From an uncultured Planctomycetaceae bacterium (GTDB taxonomy: Bacteria > Planctomycetota > Planctomycetia > Pirellulales > PALSA-1355): a DNA stretch of 64,000 bases. A model generated the notes under the pieces. That model did no database searches. It had not been told where the DNA came from and saw only the letters and a list, made by a program, of their open reading frames with translations. Both the position numbers and the translations under genes were made by a program. Of the stretch, positions 60,655 to 64,000 are shown one piece after another. Location of the stretch: the NCBI GenBank assembly GCA_963785305.1, contig CAWAUV010000007.1:928001-992000 (forward strand). Direction: 5' to 3'. How positions within the stretch are numbered: the first letter of the stretch is position 1; each line of letters begins with the position of its first letter.

Positions 60655-62570
60655 ATGCATCCGCTGCTCTCCACAATCGAATCGCCGCGAGACCTTGCTC
60701 GGCTATCGCTCGTCGAGCTGGACCAACTCGCCAGCGAGATGCGCGATGTGCTTTGCGAACTGGTGTCGAACCGCACCGCGCATTTTGCCTCGAACCTGGG
60801 CGTGATCGAGCTCTGCCTCGCCCTGCATACCACCTTCGACTTTCGCTCCGATCGACTGATCTGGGATACCGGGCACCAGATTTATCCCCACAAACTGATC
60901 ACCGGCCGATACCACGAGTTCGGCACCATTCGCACCAAGGGCGGCCTGATGGGCTACCCGAACCCGGTGGAAAGCGACTACGACCTCTTCGTCACCGGAC
61001 ACGCGGGTTCGAGTGTGTCGACCGCCCTGGGTCTGAAGAGCGGCGATGATCTGATGGGCGAAAAGCAGCGACGCTCGGTGGCCGTGATCGGCGACGGCGC
61101 TTTTCCCTCGGGCATCGTGTTCGAGGCCATGAACAATGCCGCCGGGCTGCGCAGCCGCTGCTCGTGATTCTCAATGACAATCAAATGTCGATCTGTCCGC
61201 GCGTGGGCGGCGTGGCCGAATATATGGATCGCCTGCGAACCAACACCTTCTACACCGGCTTGAAGCAAGAGATTCTCAAGGTGCTCAACCGAGTGCCGGT
61301 GTTGGGCGACCCGGCCGAGCGGTTCTTGGCCCAGATCAAGGAGGGCGTCAAAGCCGGGCTGCACGGCGGCATGTTGTTCGAGGAGCTCGGTTTCCGCTAT
61401 ATCGGTCCGGTCGATGGCCACAATATCGGCCAGTTGCGGAAGTATTTGGCCATGGTCAAGGACCTTGAAGGCCCGACGCTTCTGCATGTGTTCACCGAAA
61501 AAGGCCACGGTTTCAAGCCCGCCGCGGCCGATCCGGTGTATTTCCACGCGCCGGGGCCGTTTACCTGCGAAGACGAAGCGGTGATTCCGCTGCAAAAGTC
61601 GTCGAGCCGCGCGTATACCGACGTGGCCAGCGGCGCGATCCACGAGCAAATGACTCGCAACCCGCGCGTCACCACGCTGACGGCCGCCATGTGCCAAGGC
61701 AATAAACTCGAGCGAGTGCGGGAATCGTTTCCCGATCGATTCTTCGATGTCGGCATTTGCGAGTCGCACGCCGTGGCTTTTGCCGCCGGGCAAGCCAAGG
61801 CCGGCATGCGGCCGATCGTGGATATCTACAGCACTTTCCTGCAGCGGAGCTTCGACCAAATTTTCCAAGAGGTGTCGCTCCAAAATCTGCCGGTGACGAT
61901 GATGCTCGATCGCGGTGGCATCGCCGGGGCCGACGGGCCCACGCATCACGGCATGTTCGACCTCGGCTACATGCGCGTGTTTCCCAATATCGTGGTCACC
62001 GCGCCGGGCGATGCTTGGGACCTCGCCGCGCTCTTGGACTTTGCCTTGAGCCACGATTCTCCGGTCTCGATTCGTTATCCCAAAGCCGCGGCCGAAACGC
62101 TCGACCGCGAGCGGGCCCCGATCGAGCTCGGCCGGGCCGAAGTGCTCGATTGGGGGCAAGATGGCGTGCTCATCGCCTGCGGCACATTGCTCACCAATTG
62201 CCTCAAGGCCGCGGCCGAGCTGCGCGAGGAAGGGCTCGACGTGGGGGTGATCAATGCCCGCTTCGTTCGCCCGCTCGACACCGAAACTTTGCTGAAGGCG
62301 GTGGAAAACGCGCCGTTTGTGATTACGGTGGAAGAGGGCGCCTTGGCTGGCGGTTTTGGCGGCGCGGTGCTCGAAGCCGCCAGCGACGCCGGGCTCTCGA
62401 CGGCCCATGTTCGCCGTTTGGGCGTGGGCGATCATTTCGTGGAGCATGGCGAGCGGGGCGAACTGCTGGCCGACCTGGGACTCGACGCCGCCGGCATCGC
62501 CCGCAAATGCCGCGAACTGGCCGCCAAATCGAACCGCGCGGTGGTCGGCGCCCGGCGGCGGGTATCATAA
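60655..62570 (+). CDS. dxs: 1-deoxy-D-xylulose-5-phosphate synthase (frameshift ~61152)
   Basis: WDTGHQIYPHK, IGDGA, LNDNQMSI, YIGPVDGH, DVGICESHA, YSTFLQR, DGPTHHG. Confidence 0.95.
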
Positions 62571-62603
62571 AAAGCAAGTCGCGACAGTGTCGCGACTTGC
62601 TTT
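62571..62603. terminator. Perfect palindrome, probable bidirectional intrinsic terminator
   Basis: AAAGCAAGTCGCGACA-G-TGTCGCGACTTGCTTT directly after the dxs stop. Confidence 0.7.
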
Positions 62604-62745
62604 GTCGTCAGGAGCCATGTTGTTCGGCGCCTCGCGCCAATCTATATTGATGGCGTCGACAGGGCTTCGATCGCGGGGTTTTTCGTTTCCTGGTCCGCCG
62701 CGAGATTCTGGCCGTTCCCACGCATTGCAATTTCAAGTGGGTCGC

Positions 62746-63567
62746 ATGTCGATGGATTCAAACCCGTTGCCGCGTTTCCAAAGTCCTCCGGTCGTGGATA
62801 CGATCATGGGGATTTTTTTTGACGCTCCCAGTTTCGATCTTGTGCGCCGGGTTCGTTTTGTGGACCGCTTTCTGGTCGATCGGTTTCCGCGCGTTGAAGA
62901 GGCGCCGCCACTCCCGGAATTTCAAGAACAATTCGCGGCCGCGCCGATAACTTCGACGCCGATCATTCGCTGGACGTCGGGCATCCCCGGACCGCGGTTC
63001 AGCGGCAAGACCGTCGACGGCAAGCATACGCTTCAAATTCAATCGAACGCGATCATTGCAGCCTGGACCCCGGGCCTGGAACGCGACGAGGACTATGTCG
63101 CGTATTCGCGGCGCCGCGAGGATTTCCTTTCACATTGGAACTCGCTGAGAGAGTTTTTCGAGAAAATGGAGATTCCGCCGCCGCAACCCTCGACATGCTT
63201 TATCAGCTATGTGAACCACATCGAGCCCGACGGCGACCAATCTTTCGCGGAAATCGCGGAAAACACGTTTACGAATTGGCGGAACACCGGCGATTCATGG
63301 CTGCCGCCGGTCGAGAGTTCCTTGATTCAAATGTCGTTTCTCATGCCCGATCGCGCGGGCCGACTGCATGCTCACATTGTCCGGGCCCAGCGGCGCGCCG
63401 ATCAGCGAGACATTGTTCGGTTCGAACTCACCGCTCGCAGCGCTTCGCCGCATGCTAAAATTGAAAAGGCGTTCGAGTGGCTCGACCTGGGGCATGAGTG
63501 GATCGTCCGCGGATTCGATTCGCTGACGACGCCCGCGGCCCACCGGCGTTGGAGAAAAGTTCAATGA
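62746..63567 (+). CDS. TIGR04255-family protein
   Basis: LPRFQSPPVVDTIMGIFF, LQIQ, YVAYS, ISYVNHI and WLDLGHEWIVRGFDSLTTPAAHRRW pattern. Confidence 0.8.
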   Translation: MSMDSNPLPRFQSPPVVDTIMGIFFDAPSFDLVRRVRFVDRFLVDRFPRVEEAPPLPEFQEQFAAAPITSTPIIRWTSGIPGPRFSGKTVDGKHTLQIQSNAIIAAWTPGLERDEDYVAYSRRREDFLSHWNSLREFFEKMEIPPPQPSTCFISYVNHIEPDGDQSFAEIAENTFTNWRNTGDSWLPPVESSLIQMSFLMPDRAGRLHAHIVRAQRRADQRDIVRFELTARSASPHAKIEKAFEWLDLGHEWIVRGFDSLTTPAAHRRWRKVQ

Positions 63568-64000
63568 CCTCATTAGCGCTCGAAGACTCGGCCGTGGTGG
63601 CCTATGACGAGGAACGTGCGAATATCTCTCGCAACAACGAACCACTGCGTTTCTCGACATATCAAGAACTCCAGCTTCCATCGTGGTTTTTTGGCCTTCG
63701 CAGCCGGTTTCAGGCGATTGAACAACTCGCCGATGGCTGGGACTCGAACGGCGCCGCGGCCCCTCTTCGCGGGATCGTTGCCAACGCCGAGCGGCTGATC
63801 ATGGAGATTGCGTTACGCGAACCTCGCCTCGCGTCGCCATCGATTAGCCCCACGCCGAGTGGCGGGGTCCAGTTCGCCTGGGAAAAGGTGGATCGCTACT
63901 TCGAAATCGAGTTGATCGATGAATCCACTGCCGAGTATTTTTTCGAAAACCGGCGGACCAGGAAAAATGCGGTGGGCGAAATTCGCTTGGGGGAACCTAT
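63564..64000 (+). CDS. Hypothetical protein coupled to the TIGR04255 gene (3' truncated by window edge)
   Basis: Own translation: MTSLALEDSAVV...EQLADGWDSNGAAAP...PSISPTPSGGVQFAWEKVDRYFEIEL...; ATGA overlap; missing from the ORF track because it has no stop in the window. Confidence 0.75.
   Translation, partial: MTSLALEDSAVVAYDEERANISRNNEPLRFSTYQELQLPSWFFGLRSRFQAIEQLADGWDSNGAAAPLRGIVANAERLIMEIALREPRLASPSISPTPSGGVQFAWEKVDRYFEIELIDESTAEYFFENRRTRKNAVGEIRLGEP

Noticed and set aside
5456..62570. Mass pseudogenisation of housekeeping genes
   Set aside because: The breaks are isolated 1-2 nt indels in a recurring sequence context with otherwise conserved proteins, so assembly error is more parsimonious.

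Overview
High-GC bacterial chromosome segment, almost certainly from a planctomycete (inferred from the DUF1592/DUF1552 pair, the PEP-CTERM protein and the REP-like repeats). Most of it is housekeeping: cysT/W/A, yjbQ, ribD, ndk, pyrF, greA, hisD, threonine aldolase, mnmG, M42 peptidase, hrpB, recQ, ispF-cysS-ruvC-ruvA, rimK and xseA-xseB-ispA-dxs. About 20 genes or gene junctions carry 1-2 nt frameshifts, many at GCGC runs, which are probably assembly errors. Accessory content: (i) an intact four-gene operon (9.8-15.7 kb) that looks like a phage tail-tip/fibre module with no other phage genes around it, the best candidate for an undescribed system; (ii) a receiver-rich two-component island (22.4-27.4 kb); (iii) three toxin-antitoxin cassettes, one bracketed by a perfect 27-bp duplication of the hrpB 3' end, plus a TIGR04255-like operon at the right edge; (iv) a complete ISAs1 element with a 10-bp target duplication and a transposase split at a TTTTCCCCCC motif; (v) a two-copy 76/77-bp MITE and REP-like repeats. 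I saw no rRNA, tRNA or CRISPR array. All family calls are from motif recognition by eye, without database searches.
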